DNA of 64,000 nt, from positions 135,269-199,268 of the forward strand of contig DASPLQ010000012.1 of the NCBI GenBank assembly GCA_035627515.1, in the 5' to 3' direction. This DNA comes from Vitreimonas sp. (GTDB taxonomy: Bacteria; Patescibacteriota; Microgenomatia; UBA1400; PJMF01). Shown piece after piece: positions 1 to 9,392 of the stretch. Both the position numbers and the translations under genes were made by a program. Under the pieces are notes generated by a model that saw only the letters and a list, made by a program, of their open reading frames with translations, made no database searches and had not been told where the DNA came from. Position 1 is the stretch's first letter, and each line of letters starts with the position of its first letter.

Positions 1-912
1 AACAATACTAAAGTCATTCCGGCTCGGATTTATGGCAAGAAACTTGATACAGGTGGTGACATCGAGTTTCTGCTTATTAAACGCCTGGGCAAAAGTGAAA
101 AGGGCGAAATCTGGGAGTGTTTGTCTAAACCGGGACTGAAACTCGGCCAACGTGTGGGCTTTGCTGACAGCAATCTTGAGCTAACCTGCATCAAGATGCT
201 TGGTTACAGCCGCGAAATTGAGTTTAATCAAGCTGGCAGTGAGTTATTCTCTTCTCTGGACCAGATTGGCCATACTCCGCTCCCTCCCTACATCGACTGG
301 ACTAAACACGATGAACAAGAACTGCGACATCTTTACCAGACCACCTATGCTAAGTTTGAAGGCTCAGCGGCGGCACCGACTGCGGGACTGCACTTTACAC
401 CCGAGCTTGATCAACGCTTGATCGATAAAGGCGTTGCGATCGAAGAAGTCACGCTCCATGTGGGCTTAGGCACGTTTTTGCGCGTCAAAGTCGATGATAT
501 TGCTCAGCACCATATGCATAGTGAGACCTACTCCCTGACGCCCGAGGTCGCTGAGCGACTCAATCACGCTAAGCAAGCCGGTCGCCGCATCATCGTGGTC
601 GGGACCACTACCACGCGCGTGCTGGAAACTTGCGCCGATGCCACCACCGGGCTCCTGCAACCCAACTCTGGCGACACTGACATCTTTATCTATCCGCCTA
701 AAAAGTTCGCTTTTGTGAACAACTTAATCACTAATTTTCATGAAAGCCAATCCACTCTCTTAATGCTCGTCTCGGCTTTGACCACTGCTCCTAATACTAG
801 TCATGAATTCACCACTTTTGCTGACTCACCAGTGGGTAAGGCTTACCAAACCGCCATCGATGAAAAATACCGCCTTCACAGCTTTGGCGACGCGATGTGG
901 ATTAGAGGGTAA
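1..912 (+). CDS. queA: S-adenosylmethionine:tRNA ribosyltransferase-isomerase (QueA), 5-prime partial; the reading frame is open from position 1
   Basis: Frame 1 translates from nt 1 (…ARIYGKKLDTGGDIEFLLIKR…). It is continuous with the track ORF 121..912. The LPPYI and AAPTAGLHFT motifs are typical of QueA. Confidence 0.85.
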   Translation, partial: NNTKVIPARIYGKKLDTGGDIEFLLIKRLGKSEKGEIWECLSKPGLKLGQRVGFADSNLELTCIKMLGYSREIEFNQAGSELFSSLDQIGHTPLPPYIDWTKHDEQELRHLYQTTYAKFEGSAAAPTAGLHFTPELDQRLIDKGVAIEEVTLHVGLGTFLRVKVDDIAQHHMHSETYSLTPEVAERLNHAKQAGRRIIVVGTTTTRVLETCADATTGLLQPNSGDTDIFIYPPKKFAFVNNLITNFHESQSTLLMLVSALTTAPNTSHEFTTFADSPVGKAYQTAIDEKYRLHSFGDAMWIRG

Positions 913-916
913 GTAA

Positions 917-1303
917 CTATGAAAAGGGCGAGATCGTTCGTCCTTCATCTGAAGCAGCACCAAAAGCCAAGTACACTAAGGGCCCGTCACCAATATTTTT
1001 CATGATGTGCTGAGTTTTGACAGGAATTAAAACGGCCTCTTCCGGACCAATTACTTGAGTCTCCTCCCCTACGGTAATTTCACCCTCACCTTCTAAAATA
1101 TAAAAAACTTCTTCGAGCGTCTCATGGGAATGCAGTTCAAAGTGGCGCCCAGGTTGAATCACGGCATAATTAAGCATTTTTAAACCACACTCGGGATTAA
1201 AATCACTCGCGCTAAAGAGCACTTTTTTCAACACACCTGGATCTTCAGGGTTTTCGTGGCTAGCTGGCACCAGGGGTTTTTCTTTGATATTTACTAATTT
1301 CAT
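917..1303 (-). CDS. Cupin-domain protein
   Basis: HSHETLEEVFYILEGEGEITVGEE matches the cupin_2 barrel signature (H.H…E…G.G). Confidence 0.55.
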   Translation of the reverse strand: MKLVNIKEKPLVPASHENPEDPGVLKKVLFSASDFNPECGLKMLNYAVIQPGRHFELHSHETLEEVFYILEGEGEITVGEETQVIGPEEAVLIPVKTQHIMKNIGDGPLVYLAFGAASDEGRTISPFS

Positions 1304-1342
1304 GACTATCCTTTCCCTTGCATATTGGCACTAGTGTACACC

Positions 1343-1380
1343 AAAAAACCCCCTGCTGAACTCACTTCAACAGAGGGTTT
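1343..1380 (-). terminator. Intrinsic terminator downstream of tsf (minus strand)
   Basis: The minus strand reads ccctctg-loop-caggggg followed by TTTTTT, immediately after the tsf stop. Confidence 0.55.
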
Positions 1381-1403
1381 AGATTCAATGTACTATCAGG
1401 AGC

Positions 1404-1859
1404 TTACTCCCCTACAGCCATACGGTGGATGCGATTGACGACAAACTTCTCGCCAATTTTGCCACTGAGGCCTTTGACGGCTTCTTCAATGGTTACGGAA
1501 GGATTCTTAAGAGATTCCTGAGCTAATAGCTCTTCCACTGACTCTGGATTCATGGCCGTGACTTGCATGGCAATATCTTTCGCCAAGGCTTGAAATTCCG
1601 GATTGCGAGCCACAAAATCGGTCTCACATAAAATTTCCACTAACGCCGCAACTTTTCCAGTCGAGTGCACATAGGAAGCTACGTACCCTTCTTTGGTTTC
1701 GCGGTCAGCTTTTTTCTCGGCATTGGCTAAGCCTTTTTGGCGGACCCATTCTTTAGCTTGTTCGAAATCACCGTTGGAAGCATCGAGGGCTTTTTTGCAG
1801 TCCATCATGCCAGCACCGGTTTCTTCGCGCAGTTTTTTAACATCAGCAGCAGTGTACAT
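1404..1859 (-). CDS. tsf: Elongation factor Ts, short form (151 aa)
   Basis: AADVKKLREETGAGMMDCKKAL… and TDFVARNPEFQ motifs. It lies downstream of rpsB in the conserved rpsB-tsf arrangement. Confidence 0.85.
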   Translation of the reverse strand: MYTAADVKKLREETGAGMMDCKKALDASNGDFEQAKEWVRQKGLANAEKKADRETKEGYVASYVHSTGKVAALVEILCETDFVARNPEFQALAKDIAMQVTAMNPESVEELLAQESLKNPSVTIEEAVKGLSGKIGEKFVVNRIHRMAVGE

Positions 1860-1973
1860 AGATAGGATCCTTTCAGGATCAAGTAATTTAGTAATTAAAG
1901 TGATTGAGTAATTTGCAGTCTCTACCTTCTGGTGAGTTAGTTGCTTAATTACTCAGTTACTTAGTGACTTAAC

Positions 1974-2699
1974 CTATTTACTTCCCCGAGCGTCTTTACC
2001 AGCTTTGTAAGCTTTAGCAACCTCAGTGATAATTAATTCTAAACTCGTCAAAGCGTCATCGTTAGCGGGAATGACTACATCAATGCCACGAGGGTCGGCA
2101 TTGGTATCGGCTAAAGCTATCATCGGCACATCCAAGGTTAGGGCTTCTTTAATGACATTCTTTTCGCGAGCTGGATCGATGATGAATAAAGCATCAGGGC
2201 GTTTTTTGAGAGTTTTGATACCACCAAAGAAGCGCTCTAAGCGGCCTTGTTCTTTTTCAAGTTGGACGCGTTCAAACTTGGTGTAACCTTTGAATGTGTC
2301 ACCTTTCAAACCCTCTTCAATATCTAACATCCGTTTTAAGGATTTGGAAACTTGTTCCCAGTTGGTTAATAAACCACCCAACCAGCGTGAAGTGATGTGC
2401 ATGGCTTCAGCACTTTCAGCGGCAGTTTTCACCACGTCTTTGGCTTGGCGTTTAGTACCCACAAACACTAAGTTCTTGCCAGATTGGCCCAACTCGTAAG
2501 CGTAGTTATAGGCAATTTGTAATTGAGCGGCAGTTTTAGCCAAATCAAAGATGTGCACGCCATCTTTTTCCATGTAGATATACTCTTGCATGGCAGGATG
2601 CCATTTGCGAGCTTGGTGACCAAAATGACAACCAGCTTCTAACAGCTGTTGCAGGTCATATTCAGGTGCCTGTTGAGGCAAGGTGGAGACGTCAATCAT
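1974..2699 (-). CDS. rpsB: 30S ribosomal protein S2
   Basis: HFGHQARKWHP and DVPMIALADTNADP motifs. Confidence 0.9.
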   Translation of the reverse strand: MIDVSTLPQQAPEYDLQQLLEAGCHFGHQARKWHPAMQEYIYMEKDGVHIFDLAKTAAQLQIAYNYAYELGQSGKNLVFVGTKRQAKDVVKTAAESAEAMHITSRWLGGLLTNWEQVSKSLKRMLDIEEGLKGDTFKGYTKFERVQLEKEQGRLERFFGGIKTLKKRPDALFIIDPAREKNVIKEALTLDVPMIALADTNADPRGIDVVIPANDDALTSLELIITEVAKAYKAGKDARGSK

Positions 2700-2884
2700 A
2701 GATGTCCTTGTTTGTTTTCTAGAATTATCCTCTAGAAAAGCTGGTAAGTGAGTGCAAAGTCAGGACTTTTACGCACCAATTACACATTTAATACTTGTTA
2801 CTTTCAATTGGTATTGTACCATAAGATTTCGCTCAGCCTATTTATATTTATTGCAATAGCATTCAGGCAACGACAGGAGACAAA

Positions 2885-3325
2885 ATGATTGGCAAATCGC
2901 ACGAACAAAATCCATTCTTACCTTCAGGCATCTTTGGTAATGGCGAAGGCGGGTTACCCCCATCTCTGCCAACGTGGCGAAGAGAATTTAGTATCACTCG
3001 TTTGGACCATAAGGATTGGAGTAAACAGACTCAACTTTTGAATGATTTAATCAAAGAAGTTCTCAGTATAAAACCTCTCCCTTCCAATCTCACTGAAGTC
3101 TTAAATAAGACTCTACAAAATATTACTACCGATGTTGGTCGATTTAAAATTCCCGGTAAAACAGCTACTTCTATCGACTTAGTTGTTGCCAATCCCAGCA
3201 GCGAAAAAGGTTTAAGTACTACCACCTATAAGTTTGGTAATTTAGGTGCCTTAGCCAAAGAGATAGCTATTAACAAAGATACTCAGTTTTATCTCGACAT
3301 TACCTACGTCGACGATAATTCCTAA
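2885..3325 (+). CDS. Hypothetical protein
   Basis: A 146-aa ORF with no recognisable motifs. Confidence 0.4.
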   Translation: MIGKSHEQNPFLPSGIFGNGEGGLPPSLPTWRREFSITRLDHKDWSKQTQLLNDLIKEVLSIKPLPSNLTEVLNKTLQNITTDVGRFKIPGKTATSIDLVVANPSSEKGLSTTTYKFGNLGALAKEIAINKDTQFYLDITYVDDNS

Positions 3326-3352
3326 GTCAGGATAATTGAACAATAAAGCTCA

Positions 3353-4237
3353 CTAGCTTTCAATTAATTCCACACAGTTCTCGAGCAATGAGATGACCGT
3401 GATCGGTCCTACCCCACCTGGCACGGGCGTGATAAAGCTGGCTTTGGGAGCTACGGTGGCGAAATCGACATCTGGTTTGGGTTCGCCCACATCTACAACT
3501 ACCACCCCATTCTTGACTAAATCGCCAATGATTAAACCTTGGCGACCGGTAGCGGAAACGATGATGTCAGCGTCTAAAAGGTACTTCTTTTGCTCAATTC
3601 GTTGATTTAATTCCTTGCTACCAATCATTTCTACTTGGAAACCTTGGTTTTTGAATTCGTAGAACAGAGGTTTACCTAAAATATCAGACTTGCCTAAAAT
3701 AATGACTTTTCTATCTGGAGCGAGTTGTTGGGATTGGCGAAGAATCTCTAAGACTGCTTTGGCAGTTGCTGGTAAGACTTTTTTTTCCTGTTTCCAGGTG
3801 TTGTTTTCAACCGCTGCTAACGTGGCGGGATGCAAGCCATCTACATCTTTTTTCTCATCGAGCCGAGACACTAAACTCGTCCACCAGGCTTGAAAGTCTT
3901 CATTACTCTTCTCTGCTCCTGCGAGTTCCAACCACCGGGCTTTGCCTGGTTTTTGAATAATGATACCCGTGACAGTGGGATCTTGGTTTAAGGCCTCAAT
4001 CTCGGCTTGAACTGGCGCAATATCATCTGCCATGGAGTGGGTGTAAACTTCATAGATCATCCCCACCCGCTCAGCGGCCTCTTGCTTGAGGCGGGTATAC
4101 AGGACACTACCAGAATCTTCGGTAAATAAAATGGCCGCAATCTTGAGGTGGATATTTTGCTCTCTTAAAGCCGCTACACGCGTTTTGAGTTGCGCTTCTT
4201 TAGCTTGAGCAGCCTGGTTGCCATCAAAAATAATCAT
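3353..4237 (-). CDS. folD: Bifunctional methylenetetrahydrofolate dehydrogenase/cyclohydrolase
   Basis: MIIFDGNQAAQAKEAQLKTRV… together with the SATGR, VDVG and VPGGVGPIT motifs. Confidence 0.9.
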   Translation of the reverse strand: MIIFDGNQAAQAKEAQLKTRVAALREQNIHLKIAAILFTEDSGSVLYTRLKQEAAERVGMIYEVYTHSMADDIAPVQAEIEALNQDPTVTGIIIQKPGKARWLELAGAEKSNEDFQAWWTSLVSRLDEKKDVDGLHPATLAAVENNTWKQEKKVLPATAKAVLEILRQSQQLAPDRKVIILGKSDILGKPLFYEFKNQGFQVEMIGSKELNQRIEQKKYLLDADIIVSATGRQGLIIGDLVKNGVVVVDVGEPKPDVDFATVAPKASFITPVPGGVGPITVISLLENCVELIES

Positions 4238-4353
4238 AAAGTGTATTGTACCTGATTAGTTATGCTACAGAAGTGAATCTGGAGACGTGTCATTACAGTC
4301 AAAATGTACATTTTGCACACAGTCCAGGCGGACTTTTGCAATAACACTCACAC

Positions 4354-5214
4354 TTAAGCTTCACCGACTAGAGTTCTCAACCGCTTCACATTCTCAGCAT
4401 CCGGGCCCTCATCATCAAGACCGGGCACCTCGAGAATGAGCGGAATGTCTTTAATAGCGTCATAGTTCAGGAAAAACGTAAAATCCTCTTTATTAACCTC
4501 GCCATCACCCAGGTTTGCATGCCGATCTCGTCCTGACCCAAAAGCATCGCGACTGTCATTGACGTGAATCACTTTCAAGGCTGACCACAAGTTTTGGGCT
4601 TCGATGGCTTCAATCGCGCTCCGGCACTCAGAGGGTTGTGTCCCTGGTTTGCCCAGCGCTAAACCAGCTGCGTGCGCATGACAGGTATCGAAACACCAGC
4701 CTAGCCGCTCAGACTTGACGGTATCGAGCAACCACCGGATCTCAGAGAGATCACTGCACAATTTACCATTTTGGCCCGCTGAGTTTTCAATTAATAACTG
4801 CGAATCAGCCGGGGTATCTGCCAGAACTTCAGCAATAGCGGCTGCTACTTGCTCGCGCATCGGTTCCCACCCTCGCCCTTGGTGACTCCCTAAGTGCACC
4901 ACTACTCCCGAACCCTTCACGTAACTATCAAAGCGTAAATCATACTTTAAAACCTCGATCGATTTTTTGAGCAGCTCGGGATTATCTGATGCTAAATTAG
5001 TCAAATAAATAGCATGAGTAATAATTGGTGTAACAGACAATTCTTTCTGTTTCGAAAACACTTTTTGCTGATCAGTTTTATCTAAACCTGGCCGCGCCCA
5101 CACCCGAGGACTGCCCGAAAACACCTGCACACAATTAGCACCAATCTCTTTCGCTCTTTCTACGGCCTTATCAATGCCACCGGCCGCTGATACATGAGCT
5201 CCAATTTTGCGCAT
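4354..5214 (-). CDS. nfo: Endonuclease IV (AP endonuclease). The start is set at MRKIGAH rather than at the upstream in-frame Met of the track ORF.
   Basis: KIGAHVSAAGGIDKAVERAKEIGANCVQVF and a TIM-barrel AP endonuclease 2 signature. Confidence 0.85.
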   Translation of the reverse strand: MRKIGAHVSAAGGIDKAVERAKEIGANCVQVFSGSPRVWARPGLDKTDQQKVFSKQKELSVTPIITHAIYLTNLASDNPELLKKSIEVLKYDLRFDSYVKGSGVVVHLGSHQGRGWEPMREQVAAAIAEVLADTPADSQLLIENSAGQNGKLCSDLSEIRWLLDTVKSERLGWCFDTCHAHAAGLALGKPGTQPSECRSAIEAIEAQNLWSALKVIHVNDSRDAFGSGRDRHANLGDGEVNKEDFTFFLNYDAIKDIPLILEVPGLDDEGPDAENVKRLRTLVGEA

Positions 5215-5254
5215 ACTAAACTCTCCTTTTATTTGTAGGTGAAGTATACTAGCC

Positions 5255-5959
5255 GTGATGCCAACCACCAAACTGCAAAATTATACTGTCACATATGACA
5301 ACTCCGAGGAGTTTCACCACCTGAAAAGTGAAGTTTTTACTCATGATACTTACTACTTTGAAACTGAGAACCCCGCGCCACGCATTATCGACGCTGGAGC
5401 TCATATTGGCTTAAGCACGTTGTACTTCAAAAAACTCTATCCTCAGGCCAAAATCACTGCCATCGAACCGTTGCCTCAAAACTTCAAGCTGCTGGAAAAA
5501 AACATTTGGGAAAACCAGCTCGAGGATGTGGAACTCATCAATGCCGCTCTCTCCGATCATGATGGTCAAGAAACCTTTTATTTTGACGACAGTCACGATA
5601 ACTGGTATAGCACCGCCAGTTTTTTGCCGGGCGCGTGGACCGGGAGTCAGCACTCCACTCAACTAGAAACACCAACGCGAACCTTATCTAGCTTTCTCAC
5701 CGAGCCTATTGATCTTTTGAAACTTGATATTGAGGGCGCAGAGCAACGCGTTTTGACCGAGGCTAACGCTTCTTTAAGGACCGTGGCACAACTACTCGTA
5801 GAGTTTCACCCTCACCCATCTCAAAAGCTGTCAACAGTGCTTGAACTAATTCGTCAATCAGGCTTTCGTCACCTAACTCTGATGAAGGATCAGCGGGAAG
5901 TTCAGGTGAAGAGCGCAACGGGTCTGATCGTGATTCACGCGTCTCGGTCGCAAAACTAA
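5255..5959 (+). CDS. FkbM-family methyltransferase
   Basis: IIDAGAHIGLSTLYF…ITAIEPLPQNFKLL is an FkbM-type SAM-methyltransferase signature. Confidence 0.65.
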   Translation: MMPTTKLQNYTVTYDNSEEFHHLKSEVFTHDTYYFETENPAPRIIDAGAHIGLSTLYFKKLYPQAKITAIEPLPQNFKLLEKNIWENQLEDVELINAALSDHDGQETFYFDDSHDNWYSTASFLPGAWTGSQHSTQLETPTRTLSSFLTEPIDLLKLDIEGAEQRVLTEANASLRTVAQLLVEFHPHPSQKLSTVLELIRQSGFRHLTLMKDQREVQVKSATGLIVIHASRSQN

Positions 5960-6314
5960 TCATTGAGTTCTTATTCCATCTCTTCAATCGCTTTTGGAGA
6001 CGTTCGTAATGAAGAAGAAACTTCCACCAATCAATGCTCTCTCCTTTTTGAGTTTTCCCTAGTTCAATGACCTTAGCATAACTCAGAACTCTCCAAGCTA
6101 ACGCTTCATCTTCACTCGACATCATATAGCGAGCATTAAGCCACCAGGATAAAATGCTTAAAAAACCATGAGGGAAATGATAGTTTTTTTTCTCATCACG
6201 TCGGTGCTTTTTTTGAGCGGCAGCTTCTTCTAACTTTTTATTTTTTAGTTCGCGGGCCACTAATTTTACCTGCTTGAGGCGATGAGCAGGCGCACTTTCA
6301 TTTTTCCACGGCAT
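5763..6314 (-). CDS. Hypothetical basic protein, translationally coupled to glyA. Its 3-prime ~197 nt overlap the convergent FkbM gene.
   Basis: The ATG lies 2 nt after the glyA stop. The N-terminus is Lys/Arg-rich. The long convergent overlap makes the C-terminal extent doubtful. Confidence 0.35.
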   Translation of the reverse strand: MPWKNESAPAHRLKQVKLVARELKNKKLEEAAAQKKHRRDEKKNYHFPHGFLSILSWWLNARYMMSSEDEALAWRVLSYAKVIELGKTQKGESIDWWKFLLHYERLQKRLKRWNKNSMISFATETRESRSDPLRSSPELPADPSSELGDESLIDELVQALLTAFEMGEGETLRVVVPRSLKKR

Positions 6315-6316
6315 CT

Positions 6317-7633
6317 TTACTTCCAGCTAAACAACTCGTACTTGGCAGTGAGCTTTTTGACCTCTTCGCGGACAGCAAGCAACTCAGTGTCAAACTGCAC
6401 GCGTTGACGGAACTCTTTCAAAAATGGTGTTCGCTGTGTTTTATCACTCGGCAAAGTCTCGTTTTTCACAATCTCCACTACTCTGCTCATCCACTGCGCA
6501 ATCTGCATCATCTCTTTTTCTTTCATACCTCGGGTAGTGACCAGCGGCGTGCCCACGCGTAAGCCAGAGGGATAAAACGGCGACACCGGTTCATGGGGCA
6601 CTGTATTTCGATTGGCATACATCCCCGCCACATCCATGGCAAACGCCACCTGAGTGCCCAACCCTGGGCTAATGGGACTCAGATCCACCACAATTAAGTG
6701 ATTTTCGGTCCCATCCCCCATTAAAGTTAAACCTTCTTTCATGAGACCCTGAGCCAAAGCTTGGGCATTTTTAGTGACTTGTTGAGCATATTTCTTAAAC
6801 GCTGGACGACTAGCTTCTTCGGCAGCAATGGCAATTCCCGCCGTGGTAGCGTTGTGTGGCCCACCTTGCAGCCCAGGAATAATAGCCGCATCGATTTTCT
6901 TACCTAATTCTGGATCTCGAGCCAGGCCGCGGTCAGTCACTAAAATCATCGCTCCACGCGGGCCGCGAAAGGTTTTATGTGTCGTGGACATAATCACATC
7001 CACGTGTGGCACCGGTGAGGGATGTTCTCCCCCGACCACTAAGCCAGTAATGTGGGAAATGTCAGCTACCAACCAAGCCCCCACCTCATCAGCAATTTCT
7101 CGAAACTTGGCAAAATCTAATACAAAGGGATACGCGGTGGTACCAGCCATAATTACTTTTGGTTTATGTTTTTTGGCCATGGCACGCACTTCATCAAAAT
7201 CAATCCGAGCTTTGTCATTCACGCCATACTGAATAGCATTAAAAAACTTACCAGAAAATGTCACCTGAGGGTGACCATGAGTCAGGTGTCCGCCCATTGC
7301 CAACTTCAAACCCATCAGCGTCTCACCGGGCTGCATTAGGGCAAAATAAATTGCTGAGTTGGCTGGCGAGCCAGAATAAGGCTGGACGTTGACATACGGC
7401 ACGCCAAATAATTTTTTGACGCGATCCACCGCCAGTTGTTCGATTTGATCAATAAACTGATTGCCCTCATAGTACCGGCGCTTGGCATAGCCTTCTGAGT
7501 ACTTGCTATTTAAACATGTCGACAACACCGATGATACCTCAGGAGAAATATGATTTTCAGAAGGAATCAAGCCAATCATCTCCAGTTGGCGCTGCTCTTC
7601 TTGCTGAATAAGATCAAAAATAATGTCTGTCAT
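6317..7633 (-). CDS. glyA: Serine hydroxymethyltransferase. The start is set at MTDIIFDL, since the track ORF has a 58-aa non-homologous N-extension.
   Basis: LIPSENHISPEVSSVL, HLTHGH and TTHKTFRGPRG motifs. The SD (AGGAAC) lies just upstream of the chosen ATG. Confidence 0.9.
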   Translation of the reverse strand: MTDIIFDLIQQEEQRQLEMIGLIPSENHISPEVSSVLSTCLNSKYSEGYAKRRYYEGNQFIDQIEQLAVDRVKKLFGVPYVNVQPYSGSPANSAIYFALMQPGETLMGLKLAMGGHLTHGHPQVTFSGKFFNAIQYGVNDKARIDFDEVRAMAKKHKPKVIMAGTTAYPFVLDFAKFREIADEVGAWLVADISHITGLVVGGEHPSPVPHVDVIMSTTHKTFRGPRGAMILVTDRGLARDPELGKKIDAAIIPGLQGGPHNATTAGIAIAAEEASRPAFKKYAQQVTKNAQALAQGLMKEGLTLMGDGTENHLIVVDLSPISPGLGTQVAFAMDVAGMYANRNTVPHEPVSPFYPSGLRVGTPLVTTRGMKEKEMMQIAQWMSRVVEIVKNETLPSDKTQRTPFLKEFRQRVQFDTELLAVREEVKKLTAKYELFSWK

Positions 7634-7784
7634 GGAATACGTTCCTAAGTAATTAAGTAACTGAGTAATGTACCTCAAATGCGCTGAAATCACAGCCATA
7701 GTTGCTACCAGCAACATACACAAAAATAAATCGCTTAACAAGCGGTGGAGAAACAAATTTGGAAGAAAAAAGCAGCTTTGATCA

Positions 7785-8096
7785 TTATTGAATAATGAGC
7801 TTATCATGCATTTTTAGTAATTCGAAAGAGGCAATAGTGATTGGCATAATGAGCTCAGCATTTAAGTTTTTCTCTCCATCAAAAAAATGAGTTAACATTT
7901 CCAAAACTTCATCTGGTCTAGCTGCTCCCGGCTTTAAGTCAAGTTGCATACGCATCCGCAAGCTATCTGAATCAATATTCACTCCATGTAAGTCAAAAAT
8001 TCTGAGGCCAGCTAACTCCGGATTAGTAACTAGTTCAATCAAGTAGTCTCCAATGATCTGATGATGTCCTCGGTAAGCATCAAAGGGTCTGCGCAT
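7785..8096 (-). CDS. Hypothetical protein (103 aa)
   Basis: The ORF is tightly spaced downstream of 8122..9009, which suggests a two-gene unit. No motif is recognised. Confidence 0.4.
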   Translation of the reverse strand: MRRPFDAYRGHHQIIGDYLIELVTNPELAGLRIFDLHGVNIDSDSLRMRMQLDLKPGAARPDEVLEMLTHFFDGEKNLNAELIMPITIASFELLKMHDKLIIQ

Positions 8097-8121
8097 AATT
8101 TTATTTTAGCATAGTACCATT

Positions 8122-9009
8122 TTAGACCATGTGACGAACCTCATCTCGCTCAAATTGATCTGCTGTATCAATCTTACCCAACAGATTATGAATTAATTGA
8201 GGCGGAAATTGGCACTCAACTACCAACGCATGAAAAATATCAGGGTCATAGATCCAATCTAAGTGATTGGTAATTAACTTGATATCTTCTCCCTCATGAT
8301 TTGTCAAAAAAGCTTGATAGGCAAAAGCTGAGGCTAAGTTAGCAAAATCTAGACCTGGACCTTTATTTAAAAAAGGAATTTGATCTATTAACTTTACTAC
8401 GTCCTCTTTATTATTTGTTGGTCGTTCAAAAGCGTCAAAAATTATAGCCGCTGGAAGCTTATTAAAATGAGCTTGAACTTTAAATGAGGTTGATTCTTCA
8501 ATCTCTCCTATGGAAGCGGTAATTCCCACATGCCATTGAATAATGAAATTAGTCATGCAGTACATGAATAAGTAATTGGGCTGTTCATTCCCAATTAAGC
8601 TCTCTAAACGCGCCATCACCTGCGTATCACGTACTGGTTGTTCCTGAGGAAGTAACTCCTGAAATTTTCGTTTCTGACGATGCAAAGGGTACGTCAAACC
8701 TAACTCTAAATGTTCTTGTGTTTGAGCATATGATGTAACTACGTCAATGCTGACTACTAATGCTTCTTTATCCGAACCAGTGGCTTCCAACTTTTTACGA
8801 ATCAATCGGTTCTTATCAGCTGCTACTTTGGTAGGATCATTATCTTCTAATTCCGGTTGAATATTCTCTGGATCAAAACTATTAATAGGCAGAAGTGCTG
8901 TGCCTTGATTAATAACTTTGTCTACTCCATTAGCTTTGCTCTCAGAACTGCTCGCCAAAAACACTTTAGCAATTTTATAGGTTCGTAATTTTTCAGCTAA
9001 ACTACTCAT
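8122..9009 (-). CDS. Hypothetical protein (295 aa)
   Basis: A long clean ORF with no recognisable family. Confidence 0.45.
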   Translation of the reverse strand: MSSLAEKLRTYKIAKVFLASSSESKANGVDKVINQGTALLPINSFDPENIQPELEDNDPTKVAADKNRLIRKKLEATGSDKEALVVSIDVVTSYAQTQEHLELGLTYPLHRQKRKFQELLPQEQPVRDTQVMARLESLIGNEQPNYLFMYCMTNFIIQWHVGITASIGEIEESTSFKVQAHFNKLPAAIIFDAFERPTNNKEDVVKLIDQIPFLNKGPGLDFANLASAFAYQAFLTNHEGEDIKLITNHLDWIYDPDIFHALVVECQFPPQLIHNLLGKIDTADQFERDEVRHMV

Positions 9010-9040
9010 ATAACAAAAAATCCCGAGCTGGGCTCGGGAT
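9010..9040 (-). terminator. Strong hairpin followed by a T-run in minus orientation (cccgagc-tggg-gctcggg, then TTTTTT on the minus strand), directly abutting the start of 8122..9009
   Basis: Seen in the sequence. It is positioned to terminate a minus-strand transcript coming from the 9040-9392 spacer. Confidence 0.5.
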
Positions 9041-9392
9041 GTCTTTACCTAAACTGCACCAAGAGGCAGCCTTGATTATTTTTAATAATGAGTGGGCAAA
9101 CGATAGTAGCTGTTTTTCGTACAGTAGGCATTTGGTTATAAAAAAACACCCTTCTTAGCTGGCTCATGTGGTTGTCCTCTCCTTAGATCTGGCTAATCTA
9201 AGACGGTTTGTGGCTTTAGAGCGAGAGCACGGGTGCTATTCGCTTACAACAAAAACTGTTAAAAAAATCTTAATTAGTTATTAAACACTAAAAAAAGTGT
9301 TTTGCAACCCCCAACAATGAGTAACTTTTACTCATACACGCATTTAGTACAATTAGTCCAGGAAGGCGTGTTATCAAAATAGAATACTGCCC

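Noticed and set aside
200-660. Track ORFs 200..421(+) and 466..660(-) inside queA, and similar antisense or alternate-frame ORFs inside rpsB, folD, glyA, dnaB, the P-type ATPase, copA, glmS and acs
   Set aside because: These are shadow ORFs, fully contained within strongly supported genes on another frame or strand. They are low-complexity with no SD.
9040-9392. tmRNA, RNase P RNA or SRP RNA in the 350-bp spacer
   Set aside because: I looked for the tmRNA tRNA-like 3-prime end, the RNase P GGAAAGUCCGGGCUCC and the SRP domain-IV GGAAGCAGCC motifs on both strands and did not find them.
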